Of a stretch of 64,000 bases of DNA, positions 11,901 to 26,600 are shown one piece after another. The stretch's first letter is position 1. Every line of letters begins with the position of its first letter. A program made the translations under genes and the position numbers. The notes beneath the pieces were generated by a model. It did no database searches. It was given only the letters and a program-made list of their open reading frames with translations, and was not told where the DNA came from. This DNA comes from Selaginella moellendorffii (lineage: Eukaryota; Plantae; Lycopodiophyta), in the NCBI RefSeq assembly GCF_000143415.4, contig NW_003314310.1, positions 32,800 through 96,799 of the forward strand, written 5' to 3'.

Positions 11901-12599
11901 TGAAACTTCTTGCAGCTCTGCAACATGGACTAGAGGAGAATTTGATATTCCAAAAGAGAACGACTCTCCAGTTGTAGGAGGCAATGGCACAGGCCACACA
12001 ACCATAGGTTTCAGGTCCTATGCGAAAGTTGACGCTGATGATTCCATGTTTGAAGACGAAGATGATGACTTCGACCGGGATTCTAATCTTAGGTTAGCTA
12101 ATGGGAGGTAAGCTTCTTCATTTACTTCTATCCAAGCTGATAGTATGCAATACTATGCATGACAGTGAGATTAGTGGCCTTGGGGACGACATGGGCTAGG
12201 TAACTGGTGTGGAGAGCTTACTTGCATCTCTCATGCCTCCTCCTTTCAAGTGCAAACGTCTAAATGAGGGAGATTCGAGTGCCGCTGCAGTCAGAAAAAG
12301 GAAAATCCATTTGTTAGCTGATTTGGACTAAACCGGTATCAGCAATTCAGAGCAACAACTGGCGTCACTTGAAATTTCTCATGAATTGCCTGACATTGAC
12401 ATTGTTGATTCATAATCAAGCTAGCACGCATGTGCCGTTCTTTAATTTTTAGGCTGCTTAAGGAAATTATCAGCCCAGCTATTGCCAGCGACAAACTTTT
12501 CAGATGACACTAATTTGTATTAAAGCTTAACATTTTCTCTACTAAAAAGTCATTTCAAATGGCTTTTTGGCGTGCTCAAAGCATCAAAAGTAGAGAGAG

Positions 12600-13990
12600 C
12601 AAGGGACAAAGGCCCTAAGTTTAACAGTAGTGTTCTTCCCTTCACCACTTTTGAAGTTCTCTCTTTGCTGGACTAGCCTCTACTTTGTCTATTGACACAT
12701 TGGAGGTGGAGTATATGTGCTAGTACATGCTAATAGACATGAGCTTCCACATGCTCACAACCACTCTCACCTCAAATGCTTCATCCGGTGAGGCATTCCT
12801 CTTCTCTTCTTTTCCATTTGTTTCTTTTCTTTCACTTTACTTTCACGGTTTCTTTTCTTATTTTCAGAGGGTACTTCTCCACTAGACTATGGTTCTTGCC
12901 TTGGATTTCATGCTCAAGCTCTATTACCATTTGTATAGAGGTTCCTCATTGGGCTCAAGTGTTCTTTGGCCCTTCCCCTACCATTACTCACACATTCCCC
13001 ACACCCATTCCATATCATTTACATTCACAAATCCATCATCAATTAGTCCCAGCAGCATTGCCCACACTTACCTCTAGATGTCTGTCTTGCATCTTTCATT
13101 CTTTCACCATCATTTATATCTTTATTTGAGGTTATATTTACACCATACCATAGATATATGTACATGCACCAGCAGCAAAAGACATCAACTCATTTGGACA
13201 TACTGTTTTTGAGATATCATTATGACTATTTGCCAATGATATGCTAGCTTTTCTGGAGTGATTTATTTCCAACCATGTGAACCTGTTCACTCAAGGCACC
13301 TAGATGGATCTTTAAGCAAGGCCACAAAAGCCATTTTGCTCCCACACTCAGTGGACATGTGCCACCTCTCTTTACTGGCAATCTAGCAACTATGTTGTCT
13401 TTTTCAGCTGTGGTTTTCTTCAATCTAACACATCAAACCATAGGCCTAACACATTTAGAGATGGCCACTTTCTCAGAGTGCTACCACTAATCTGGCACTT
13501 CACCAGATCACTCCATCTTTCATTATTTCTACACTTACCACCCTCAGGCAATGCATCCCCTCTTCTACCTCTCTTTCTTTCTCAATTTTGGCCCATCCTT
13601 GGAGCATAGATGAAGTCATCACGAGGTTGCATTTGCATATTACACTTTCCTGAACCAAAATCTAGATAATGGTTAAGTTCTTTGGATATTCACTCTTTTT
13701 CTTCTATTTTTCTTCTTTATTCACACTTTTTTGCACTTTTTCTTACATTAGGGTCTAGTTTGCCTATAAGGTATCCCACCAGATTTTCCTCCCTATCTTT
13801 AAACTTCACCCCTACCCCTTTTCTATCTTTTATCCGCTTCATTTTCTAGAGTTTCTACTATTTCACGTGGTTACCAGCACTTGGCATTAGTAGTAGAGGT
13901 ACACTCTCCACGTTTGGACTCAGGGGGATCCACTATGGTCACGTGTTAGGGCATGGCCACTTGGGGGGGGGGGCGGGATGGGAAGGCATT
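12600..13990 (+). mobile_element. 3' remnant of a Tat-like Ty3/gypsy element (integrase tail, pyrimidine-rich 3' UTR, G-rich PPT)
   Basis: Similar to 18440-18990, 20130-20610 and 28491-28760. Boundaries approximate. Confidence 0.55.
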
Positions 13991-15225
13991 TATGAAGAGC
14001 ATTGGAGCATTTCTCATGTTTGAGTGAGTGTTGGGGGAGTGCCCCTCATCCCCCCAACAGTAGAGATGCAGCCTTATCCACCAAATAAGGCCACTTCACT
14101 CAACATTGACTTAGCATCACCCAAATTCATGTTATCAAGGGGCTTTGCAGCCATGGAGCATGATTCCTCTTCCTCCCTTGGAGTTGATATCCACTAGGCA
14201 GTCTGTGATGTTGTACTAACTGTGCCTTTATAGGAAAATCTCCAGGTCACATGTACTTTACTGTATGATCTTGTGAGCAATGATGAGAACACATTTGCAG
14301 CGACTCAAAGACTGTTTCTAGCCACAACTTTTTCTTTAGACCATTTCCAGCCCTCCACCATGGCTTACAACAGTCTAACACAGCAGATGGATGTGGTGTA
14401 TACATGCCAAAAGCTTATGTATTATCTAATTGCTAAAGGTGGCAAATGTAGCACCTTTTCTCCACTATCAGTCTGGCTCTTTTCAGAAGCTTGTCTAGCC
14501 TTGGGATGTCACATTGGACCTCTCCAGCCATAGAATACTAGTCGTGGCATCACCCACATTGATCGTGACATCTTTCGTGGTCACCGATACTTCACTCGAC
14601 CACTGGATTCTTGTGAACACTTTTGACTGAGTTCACTACTTTGGAGACTGTTCCTTCCATGCTCTAGGGGCTCTAGATGTCACCACACATAGCTGAGCTC
14701 CAAATTTCCTCATATTGGCAATACTACTCACTTTAGGCCTATATGACATCAAATGTTAGAGTGCAACATAGCTAGCTTTTGCAGCATCTCCAGCCTCCTT
14801 CAAAATTCTATAAGACCTCCTGGCACAGGCTCAGTCACCAGGAGAGAATTCTCCAAACTTCCTATGTTGTGAGATCTTTCCTTATCCTCCTTTTTTCTTT
14901 ATTTTTACTTTACTTTTCCATTTTTCTTTTACTTTTTCTGCTTTATTTTAGATGGTGTTCTTAAGATAGAGCAAGCACTATCCTAGTTTTTCACCTTGAG
15001 GGTACATCAACTCCTCTCATTTGGGAGCTTATTCAATTCACAGTTTGCTATTCATGATTCCTAGGTTTTCTTTACATGGTTTCACCCCATTTATCATCAC
15101 CATTACTCTTTATCACTCATAGTCACAATCTATTCCCTCTACTACTTACTACAACACTGTTTACCACTCACTATAGTTGTTTATTTCACATTTCTTCACT
15201 TTCCTTATCATTCACATATGTTCTC

Positions 15226-15618
15226 TGTTAGGATCCTATCCCTTACACCCTAAGCCAATTAGCTAAAGGGGTGATCACTTGATTGCAAGGCCCTTTCTTT
15301 ATCCTATTATTTTGACCTGGTGCCTAACAATCCTCCCCCTCGTCAGGGAATGATCGTCCACGATCATACTTAGGCCACCATCCGGTCACCATGGTCCTTC
15401 TCTTAGGGTCTACCAAACCTTGGTTCTCCCTCTAGATCCATCATGTTGAATATTCCTTTAGAATATTCTGCCCCACTCGTCAGCCACGAGAATCGAACTG
15501 GGCTCCGATACCAATGTTAGGATCCTATCCCTTACACCCTAAGCCAACTGGCTAAAGGGGTGATCACTTGATTGCAGGGCCCTTTCTTTATCCTATTATC
15601 TTGACCTGGTGCCTAACA
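15226..15618 (-). mobile_element. Complete 393-bp TRIM ('family C')
   Basis: 104-bp LTRs at 15226-15329 and 15515-15618 (TGTTA...TAACA). PBS and PPT lie on the minus strand. Perfect 5-bp TSD TTCTC. Confidence 0.95.
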
Positions 15619-16699
15619 TTCTCAGAGATTCTATTATATTACTCTATTCATCATTACATATGCAGTAGACATACCAAAAAGTAGCAAAATCTGATATGCC
15701 AAACTCAAGATATGATGCAGACTATCTCAATGCAGCAAGTATGGGCAAATCTAGGAAACTTAGCAACTGATTTTTGAGAGCCAATTGGATATGATGCACA
15801 TAAGAGACTAGGCATTACTATGGGTGGACATTTTACCCAATCCCACATTCCTACAGCAGCAGAATGAAATGATCCCACTAGATGCTTGCAAAGACTGCAA
15901 GCCTTTTCTTCTTCCGCAATGAGCACATATACTGCTGACAACTTTGACTATATTCACAGGTTGCCAAATCCCCTCCACTATCATTACATTATAATTGGCC
16001 ATCACTATCTTTCACTATTCATCTGTTAGGCCACCATCTTCCATTCTTGCAATTACCATTTCTGGGAAACACATTCACTTGCATCACTTCATTCCTTTTG
16101 AACTTTGAGAGCAACTGGGCTATGTTTGAGGCACTTTCCAGAGGTGAGGAGGCCTTAAGTTGGAATCCAAGTAAGTGGTTCTCCTACTTGATTTCATGTT
16201 TCCATTTTTTCATTTCTATTTTTCCTTTGTTTTTATTTTTTTCTTTTCTTTTCTTTGTTTCCTTTCCACTTTTTTTTCTCCTCTTGTTATCCTCTTGTTC
16301 TAGTGTCTAGTTCTTTTGTCAAATTTTCCCATGTGGTTTCCCCTTGACTCCAAAACTCCACTCTTTTTCTTCTTTTTATCTTTTCTTGGTTTTTCTCTGA
16401 TCTCTTCTCTTCCAATAGTTGCCGACACAAGGCATCACCTTAGAGTCTTCACCAGCACTTTGGCCATGGGTTCTCGCATAGGACAGAGCTAGCACATTCC
16501 CTTGTGGTCACCTGTTAGGAGATGACTTAGAGTTGAGTGAGATTCCCTAGAATGTTCTACTATCAGAATATTCTAAGGGCGTGAGGAGATGCTGAGGTGT
16601 AGGGGTATATTCCCTTTCTTCCCCATTTTTTAGGGCAGGGAGTTCAAACAAGAGAGATATTTGAGCAGGATTTTAGAGTATGAGAGAGTGTTCTCCCCA

Positions 16700-18600
16700 C
16701 TGTCAAGAGGCTTCCCTCTTAGCACATTCATGGCCTCTAATAGCTCTGCTATAACACAACATTCTATTTGTATTGGGTGAGAGCTAGCAACAAGCCATTG
16801 ATTTGCTGAACTAGTCACTATGCATGGCCCTGGTTATCCAGCCACCAAAGCAAACACTTCCTTTCAAGATTTACATCACAACTAAAGTAGAGGCTTTTGG
16901 AGTATGCCTTTGCCATTGTTTGGAGATTGGCAAGCCACCACATGCAACATATTATGCCTCACATTCATTCAAGGAGACTGTGAAGAAGTACGTGAATACA
17001 AAAGAAGAAGCAATAGCTATTGTTTACACCTTCGAGGGATTTCATCACTTTTTTGTTGAAGTCTATATCCATTATTATGTGTGTTTTAATGTGCTAATTG
17101 TTCATAGTCTTTATACTTTATCTTGGACTATGACCATCCAAGAGTTCCAACCAACTTTCCACATGTGGTGGAAGCGTGTGATAAATCCAAGCAAGTTCCT
17201 AGTTGTTGAGGCTACCTCCTTTATGGTTCAACAGCTTTACAAGACATTACAGTGTACCTAAATTTAGGTGAGTTCCCAACAGATTCCTCATCTGCCCAAC
17301 AGAAGGTGTTGGAGATCTGAGTGTGGGAAATTTGCCTTTTGGATGGACACCTTTATAGAAGGATATCACAGGTCGTCTTGTTGCAATGTGTGGGTGAACA
17401 CAAGATCCCTAAGCTATTTCGTGCTTTCCACTCTTATGCAGGGCATTTCTTGGGATGGGTCACAACACAAGTCCTTTTGTGCCATAGCTACTTCTGGCCT
17501 TGAATTCACCAAGACAGCTTAGAGTATGCAAAGGCACATGAGCAGTGCCAATGGTTCAACCCTTGAAGTCATGTTCCATGCCTTTTTTTCCAGCTAGTCA
17601 CTTCTCCTGGTCCCTTTTTCTAGTAGGGACTTGACTTTATCAGCCCGATCAGTCCAGCAAGCTCAAAAGGATAGTGATATATCATCATGGCAACAAACCA
17701 ATTTGAAGTTTGTTATGATCTGGCACACAAGATAAGAGATCTAGTCACCTAGACTATGCTACACCACTTCTTGAGGTTCCTCACCACCTAACCACCCCCG
17801 AGCTACCTCAAAAGCTCCACTATGTTGCACCTCCATTGTGAGCCCTAGGGTAGGTTAAGTCCCTTACCCTAACATGCCTTAAAATACCCTTGAGCCTCCC
17901 TTTGACCAATGTTAACTACATGGTCAAAGCTGGCACCTAACAAAGTTCCTGCAATTTTGATTTCTGATCATGGCAGCAGCTTCCTTGGACAAGTGATGTA
18001 GTAGTTACTATCCTGAGTGCAATGGCTAGGCAAAGTCCAACAACAATATATTGAAGACCATAATCTCAAAGCTTGTGAAGGATCACCCAAAGAATTGGCA
18101 TGAGCACTTGGTTATAACATTATGGGCATTTTGGACATCCTTCATGACATCCTTCATGACATCCATCTCTGCAACTCCATTCCCTCTAGTTTATAGGATA
18201 GAGGTTGTGCTTCCAATGGAGATTCAGGTGCCATCCCTTTCACTTTCACTTCAATATGCAGCAGAGATGCAATTTAGTGATGAGGATAAACTTCATGCAC
18301 ATGACTTGGAGGTTATTGCCTTGGAAGAATAGCAAAGAGACACAGCTAAACATCTCCTTCAAGGTAAGCAGATGATCAAGTCCATCATTGATCACTAGTG
18401 ATCACCTGAACCATTCGAGAATGGTGATCTTGTTCTACTTAAGGAATTTACACCAACTTTGAAGTTCTCTCCTTGTTGGACCAACCCTTACTTTGTCCAA
18501 CGGCACATTGGAGGTGGAGCATATATGCTAGCAGATGCTGACAGACATGAGCTCCCACACACTCACAACCACTCTCACCTTAAACATTTCATCTATTGAA
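16700..18600 (+). mobile_element. Degenerate Tat-like Ty3/gypsy RNase H/integrase remnant
   Basis: Fragments such as YYASHSFKE, KTIISKLVKDHPKNWHEHL and TPFPLVY..EVVLPME; many stops. Confidence 0.7.
17711..17942 (-). mobile_element. Solo LTR ('family D')
   Basis: TGTTA...TAACA with perfect TSD AAGTT. The same LTR occurs at 61339-61568 next to a minus-strand PPT. Confidence 0.9.
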
Positions 18601-18988
18601 GCATTCTTCTTTTCTTCTTTATCATTTGCTTCTTTTCTTTCACTTTACTTTCATAGTTTCTATAAAGGGTGTTTCTCTACTAGACCATAGCTCTTGCCTT
18701 GGATTTCAAAGCTTAGGCTACATTGCTGTTTGTATGGCAATTCCTCACTTGGCTTAGGCTATGTTCCAAATTCTTTGGCCCTTCCCTTACCATTACATTA
18801 CTCCACACATTCCCTATATACATTCCAAATCATATATACTCATAAATCCATTACCAATCACTTCCAGCAGCATTGCCCACACTCACTTCCAAATGCCCGT
18901 CTTTCATCTTTCATTTTTTCACCATCATCCACATTTCCATTTGAGTTCATCTTTACACCATATCATAGACACATATACACACACTAGC

Positions 18989-20125
18989 TGTCGCGAATGT
19001 GACTTTGGGTATCAAAAGTTACCTGTCGGCCACTCCTTACGGACACTCTTTCCTTACTGCCACGATGGTAGGAGGTTGGTATTATTAGACCCTTTATTAG
19101 TCCCTTTTGTTCAAGTGTTAGTAAATTGGACTTTGCATCTGTACTTGGCCGGATAAGCATAAGGACAGAATTCCTAAGTGTCTATTTAGTCAAGCATACT
19201 TAGCCTGGCTTTTTAGTTCTCTTTTGTTATGTCTTGCACTGGCTTAACAAAAACCCTCGTGTATTGAGATTGGTCCCTCAATATTGCTGGATGATAACTT
19301 ACCGTGTCTGCCAAACACCCTCGCTATCATGCCCTTTGTGTCAGTCTCATTTCGGTCCCAAATGCTATTTATGGAAAGCATCTAGATTGGCTCATTTGGC
19401 ATATCTACGAAATGTAGAGATTGGCTTGAACACAATGGCGTTCGTCCTATGTCCAAATTCACAATCTAGCACTATTCCATATTTAGTAAGTCTCGAGCTT
19501 GTCCTAGAGACTAACTCTTGATACTAAGGGAGGCTTGGGGTGAAAGCCCAAAGCATGTGTTCCTCAAAGGGGGGGGGGGGGGGGGGCTATGCGGGGTTCC
19601 AAATGTATAGTAGGGATAGTGGGTAGGTTGGGCATGACCGACCAACCTGAGGTATAATTTCGCTCCCGCTTGCGTGTCTGTCTTTGTTCTGCGTCCGGCT
19701 TGGGTCTAAGCCCAAGTTCCATTCCATGTTAGCTGGTGGAGTACCCATGTCCTCGCATTAGGCCACCGGTATGCCGAAATAGCGCCAGACTCTGTTTGGC
19801 TCCATTTTGGTCCTAGCATTGGGATGCTGGTTGCTCTAGGACTATTCCAAGTCACTCCAGGCTCCTGTCCCTTCGCTCCTTGGGCTATATGCTTGGGAGT
19901 TGCTCTGTGGTCCGGTTTCGTCACTCCTTGGCTCCATGCTTGGGAGTTTGGCACCGTTCCTTCGTTTAGTGGCCCAAGGCTCTGAACCTCGGGTTCCGCA
20001 CCACTGTCCTTTGGACACATGGCATATGACATGTGGCATGTGTCATGTGGCATAAAGAGGGTTTAGGTTCTGCTTCGTGGTGTTATCCTATGGTGATTTA
20101 CCATAGGATAAAGGGTCAAAACCAC
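18989..20125 (+). mobile_element. Solo LTR of family A (3' end slightly truncated)
   Basis: Homologous to 8259-9385. Confidence 0.85.
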
Positions 20126-20612
20126 AACAGCAAAATTCAACACCTTATTGGGATGTGGTATTTTTGAGATATCAATGTGACTATTTGCTAACAATGTGTT
20201 AGCTTTTCTGGAGTGACTTTCTTCCAACCAGATGACTCAGGGCACCTTGATGGATCTTTAGGTGATGCCATAAAAGCTGAAGCCACTTCCTTCAGCTCTA
20301 GCACTCAGTGGACACATGTCACCTTTCTTTACCATCAATCCAATGACTATGCCATCCTTTCTAGTTTTCTTCAATTTGACACATTAGACCACTCTATTAT
20401 ATCATTCCATCTTTCATCATTTCTGCACTTATCACTCTTTGGCAAAGCATCCCTTTTTCTCCTCTCGTTCTTTCTTGAATTTAGCCAATCTTTGGAGTAT
20501 AACTAAAAGTCATTATGAGGCTTCATTTGCATATTACACTTTCTTGAGTTAAAATCGAGGTAAACATTATGTTCTTTGGGTACTCATTCTTTTTTTCCTA
20601 TTAATCTTCTCT

Positions 20613-23600
20613 TGTTGTGGCATTAGCTCATTGTTGCATTCTCCTCATGTCACAATTTAAATTCTGGCACGAGAGAGTTGTATATTCTTAGAATATTCCC
20701 TCATCCTTGTATAAAGGCCCAAGAGAGGCTCAAGTATATGGTTCCACCCCATTTTCTCTTGCGCTTAAGTTTGGAATTACAATTTTATGAGCATGTGTGT
20801 GAGGGATGGATCCACAATTGGGGCTGAAAAATGCCCCAATAGTTAGTGAACTCAGTGTGACAAGCTAGCTTTTTTTTCTTGAGAGAATGGAGAGTTTTCT
20901 TGAGAAATTAAGAGAGATTTCAAGTTTTAGCAGCTAGATTCATGTTTTTAGAGACCCTAGGACTGCTAAGGGTCTTTGCTTCCATGAATCCAGAACGTAG
21001 ACTCAAAGATTTTCTCATTCTTGCTATAGTTTTCTACATTACCCCTTTTCGTTTGGTTTTCTAGCAATTTCTCATGATTGGGGTATGGATTTTAGTTTTT
21101 ATTTCTTTGAATCAGTGCACCTTGGCATCCTCTTTCCAACAAGCTAAAGAGTGCCTTGTTTTGTGAAGAATTTGGCCACATACATGAAGTTTTGTTCATC
21201 ACACTCCTTTATTTTTATAAAAACTTTCCAGCACTCTAAGCTTGTGATTCAGAGATTGATTCAGGAATTTCTTTTTTTAGGCTTGTAAATATAGAGATAA
21301 GCTTTCTAGAGAGTTCTTTCTTGGCAGCCAATTCACTCTAGGCTGCAATATGCAACAATTTCTCTCTCGTGGCATTGCACAACTCAAGCTTGCAAGTTTT
21401 TAGTTTGATTTTGGGAAAATTTGAGGAGCCATTCTTATGGAGATTATCATGGCTATGCTATTACTTTCTATAATGCCAAAGGTGAGTGTTTCTTGTGCTA
21501 TGGAGTTCATTTTCTTTTCTTATCCTTCTTTTTGTCTAGAATTTGATGTTTGAGTCAATTGTTCTTGATCTTTTGGGCATTTTAATTCGTGATTTTGGTC
21601 TCATTCTCTTGGTCTAAGTCTAAAATTTTCATCAAGTCCATTTACACCCAATTTCATGTGCAAATTTGAGAAATTTCTATAAAAATGTTTTCCCCTTAAA
21701 GCATTTTGAGTGTTAGAGTTTGACTTTGTTTCTTTTCTCCATTATTTTTTGGTGAAAACATATATCCACATCCTACCAAGTAATTTCCATAACATCCTTT
21801 GTGTCTTTTCCCCTTTTCTTTGCTAGATTTTTCTTTTCCTTCTGAGAAATTAGCATTTACGAGAGTGGCAGTGATTTTGGTTGGGAAACCTACATAAGGA
21901 TACTCTTTTATTTGGGGCTATCCCATTTGAATACTCTGTTCTCCCACAAGTCAAAGTTCTTAGTGCATTACATTTTCCACAACCTCGCATTTGCTGCACA
22001 GTGGATACTTTATGTTAGTTTGCACTTTTTCTAGTCAGAGATGACAACTAGCAAACTTCTATATAGTGCTTAGGGTATAGGGATGTTTTTCACACCTTCT
22101 ATGCAAGCTAGATTATTAAACTACTCTTTCCAGCAAGGAGGATTCATCATTCACAGATACCAAGTTAGGGAGTCCACCACCCATGGCTCTTCCTGAACAA
22201 ATCCATATTCTATAATGAGGCACCAACTTCCCATACTTCTCTAGCAATCTCTGCTAAGACACATGTCAAGGATGATCACAAACTCCACGACTTCTTGCGA
22301 TTGCTAACTAGTTGAGCAACAGTGTGGGTAGAGACACTCTTGGAGGCAGACATGGCTGACTACTCCATATTCAAAGTATCTTTTCAGGGTCATTTTGATT
22401 AGCAGCAAGCAGAAAATCACTTACTCATGGATTTGTTCACTTTTTGGCAAGGAGCACGTAAATCTGTGCTAGAGTATGTGATGCAGTTCAGGTCTTACTG
22501 GAAGGAGTGTATCCAATGCAAGGTTATCACAAATGAACCTCATGGCATCAATACATTCATCTCTGGTCTCAAGGGAAATCTCCAACACAAGATAAGCGAG
22601 AGTTTCAAACATGTTGTGAGCCATTCGCTGCAGCAGAGATTCTAGTGTGGGATCTTCTCCAAAAGCTCAGGATTTCATGGGTAGAGGAGGCTTTCCTCCC
22701 ACCCTCAAATGAGAGCTCATGTGCTGCTACAGTCCATTCTTCTCCAGCCCCGCACAGCAATGATAGAGTTCCCTTGGTGATCGAGAAGGCATATTCGGGG
22801 CTTGTAAGATACATGGAGATCATCTAGCAGCAACAAAAAATGCAAGAGAAGTTACTTGAGGAGCTTAGAGCATGCCGCTTACAGTAGGCAGAGAGACTGA
22901 GACCCCTCCTCATTCTTGGTACTGCTCGCATTGCAACGTTATGACGCACAGTATGGACAGATGTTGGAAGCTTCACCCAAAACTTTGGCCACCTTCTGTC
23001 TAATGTGTTTAACAGCAGCCTCTAGTGGAAAACATATCTCATCCATGGTCATTAGATAGATACCAGCAACAACTCGAGTAGAAAGCAATCGAAGACACCC
23101 CTTCATCGAGCTGTAGGAAGTCATCAATGAACATTAGCACGGTTTATGTTGTAGAGGACGATTATAAGGTGGCTGCTATGACTAGAGGGTGCAAGAAGGT
23201 TTCTCTTCCAGCCCAGATATTGATGGTGAGCAAGATCCAACACCAGTTTCCAGAACTTCGCCATCTCTCACGGTGTGGAAGTTACACCATGCTTCGGTAT
23301 TTATAGCACCACCCACATCCTTGCCCACAACTTTGGATCCAACAAGAAAACATCCAACTTTCAGGGTGGGGTCTCTCAACTGCCCTCCACTCTTTCTTGC
23401 ATCCCATAGGAGTTTCTTGCTCAAATTTCTGACACTCCAGTCTAAATCACACTTGGTGAGCTTTTGTGATGCATACCCGATTTTACTTCTCAGCTGGAGG
23501 CTTTTGCCATATCCTCAGGCATCCCTGTGGAACCTCAGCATGATGTGTATATCATCAACACTCATACCACTCATGATCCCAAAGCATTCTTTGCAGAGGT

Positions 23601-26600
23601 CTAGATTGGCAATAAATCCTTGATAGCACAAGCATTACTTGATTCTGGATCCCAGAGCAATATCATCTCCCTTGACTTGGCACACTCCAATGGCTTGGAG
23701 GTGGCTAGAAACAGAGTCATCATCCTCAAAACATTTGTCAATCACTCAGTGGTTCCTACAAGCATTTGCCGGAATGTCAAGATCTTGGTACAATGAGTGG
23801 TTTCCATGCTAGATTTTCTTGTGGTGGACTACCAGCAGCTTGGATATGGAAAGCTAAAGGACTCTATCATGCTAGGACGGCCATGGCATCTCGCGGCCAC
23901 TTGCATGACAATATGGTCTAAAGGCAAGTCAACGATCACTGACGGTATTCACAACGTGACTTTGCTCAATGCTCATGGCAGGTCACTACTTACTTCTTTG
24001 TCCCAAGTGGCTGTCACCTACAACTTTGATCTTGATCACACCTTGAAGGTTCTCTTCCCCGATCTTATTGAAGATGAGTTGCTACTAGAAATCAGAGTGG
24101 TTAAGTGCAATATGGTGGATTTATTTCATGCAGACTGGACCACGACTACACTGGACTTCTCTACCATCTTGTCACAAGTTCAGAGCCTCCTAGGTTTCAG
24201 GAAACCAGGTGCATCTGACTCATCACCTTCACTGGAATAGTGTAATGATGAAGCTAACACAGTAGCAACTTCTTCTACCATTTTGTCGACTACTTCATTG
24301 TTTGAGGATACTCAAGGGACCCCCACTTTACTTACCAAGACCATAATCCAGTCTGTGTCTGCACTGAATGCGGGTCAGGACGTGGATAATCACAAGAGTC
24401 ACCCTGCATACCGAGACAACAGAACAGACTCCAATCTTTATCAATCCCATAGTTACTGAGGATGGGGTGTACACTGAGGATCTACCATCAGTTGGCCACC
24501 AATTGGACATCCTGCATGCAATGAGGGAGGAAGCAAAGAGAGACATCACCTCATCTACACCCGACTCTTCCCCTGCTGTTACTAAATGCGAACTTGAGGA
24601 GATTATTTCCCTAACCATTATATTTGAGATCCAGGATACGCTTGACTTCACAGCTTACTTTGATGGTTCTTTCTGCCCCAAGAACCACGTTGTGGGGTTG
24701 GTGTTTGGATACTTGATGCAAAAGAGAAGAATGTTTCTCACATTTCCACCACATTACCAATGTCTGCTAATGAGGCAGAATACTTGGCCGTGATCACAGA
24801 AATGGAACTCACCATCTCTCACCAGATCCAGTGAGTTTCCTTTGTGGAATTAGTGGTCTGAGAACTTAACAGCATCTACCAAGTGTGCAGGGATAACCTC
24901 TATGACTTATGGCAGCGTGTGATGGATCTTCGAGACCATTTTCATCAGGTCTACTTCTCAAACATCCCTCAAGAGGAGAAATTTTGTGCTGATCGTCTCT
25001 CTCACCAAGCTATCTCCACTATGCAGGCTCAAGCAGGTTCACCCTCATGGCAATGCTCCATTACAGAGCCCAACTTTGCTGTGGTCTTTGCAACTTTCAA
25101 TGAACCTCCGAGCTGCAGGGTGTACCTATGGACACTATCATGCACCAAATCACACTGCTGGACCCTGCCAGACTTGTGAAGTAAAACATGTGACGATTCA
25201 ACAACTCTCTTTTGCCAGACATCAAGATCGAAATCAATAAGTTGCTTGCTACAAGTTTTATTTACCCAGTAGAACACTCTCAATGGATCTCCAATGTCAT
25301 CCTAGCATGCAAAGCAAATGGCAAGCTCAACCTTTGCATAGACTTCAGAGCACTCATCCAAGTCATGGCCCACAACCATTTTCCTACACTGTTCTTGGAC
25401 CAAATGGCCGGCCAACAGTTTTATTTTTTTATGGATGAATTCTTGGGCTATAATCAGCTCCATATTCATCCTTCTGATCGTGCACTAACTGCTTTTCACA
25501 CACCCTAGGGAGTTTTCTTCTACAATATGCTCCCTTTCAGTATATGCAATGCAGAGGCAATGTTTCAATGATTCATGACACATGCTTTCCATGATCTCTT
25601 GGGAGGAGCTCTATGTGTGTACATGGATGACTTATGCACAGCTTCCCAGATGTTCCAAGATCACCTCCAACATCTGGAATAGGACTTTATTCGGTGCCGA
25701 CAACACCGTTTCTCACTCAATCCGGCAAAGTGCAAGTTCCGGGTCACAAAAGGCTATCTGCTGGGATTTGATGTCTCTGCTCAAGGCATTTCTCCACAAG
25801 CAGCCAAGTGCAGGGACATTTTACAACAACCTCCTCCTTCCACAGTGAAGCAGTTGCAAAGCTTTCTCAGCAGGACTGGATTCTTCAGGAGGTTCATCCA
25901 AGACTATGCCGCTCTAACATGTCCTCTGGTGGCCCTACTCAAGCATGACACCTCTTTCTCTTGGGGACACACTCAGAAACATGCTTTTGATCTCTTGCAA
26001 GAAGCACTGACGTCACCACCCATTCTCTCACCACCGGTATTGGGCCAACCATTTGAGATATTTGTCACGGTTGGAGATGAGCTGTTTGGGATTTGTCTGT
26101 GCTAATCTTCTGGGCCGGAAGAGCCCCCACATACAACATACTTTGCCTCTCACTCAGTCAAGGAGTCCAAGAGCAAGTTTCTTGAGGTGGAAAAAGACGT
26201 AGTGGCAGTGGTTTATACTCTCCAATGTTTCCGACACATTCCCCTAGGGAGTGATATCCTTGTCCATGTTTCTAACAATGTTCTAATGTTTCTTTTACAG
26301 TGAACCACTCATGCTCCACATACTTTATCATGGAAATTTGTGATTCAAGAGTTCAAGCCTCGTTTTGTGCTGAAGAAGAAGCACATTCTCGACCCCAACC
26401 AGTTGACGGTGGCTGTGGCTCAGGAGTTTGCAGTCCCAGCATCCCTGATTGAGGTGGCAAAGTACTTGGACACTGGTTCTATTCCAGACCACGTGTCCAA
26501 GACACAGAAGCAAGCTCTTGGGATCCAAGTACAGCAATATTGCCTTTTGGGAGGCTCCCTCTATCGCTGCACTGCACATGGGGTCCTGCTTTGCTGTGTC

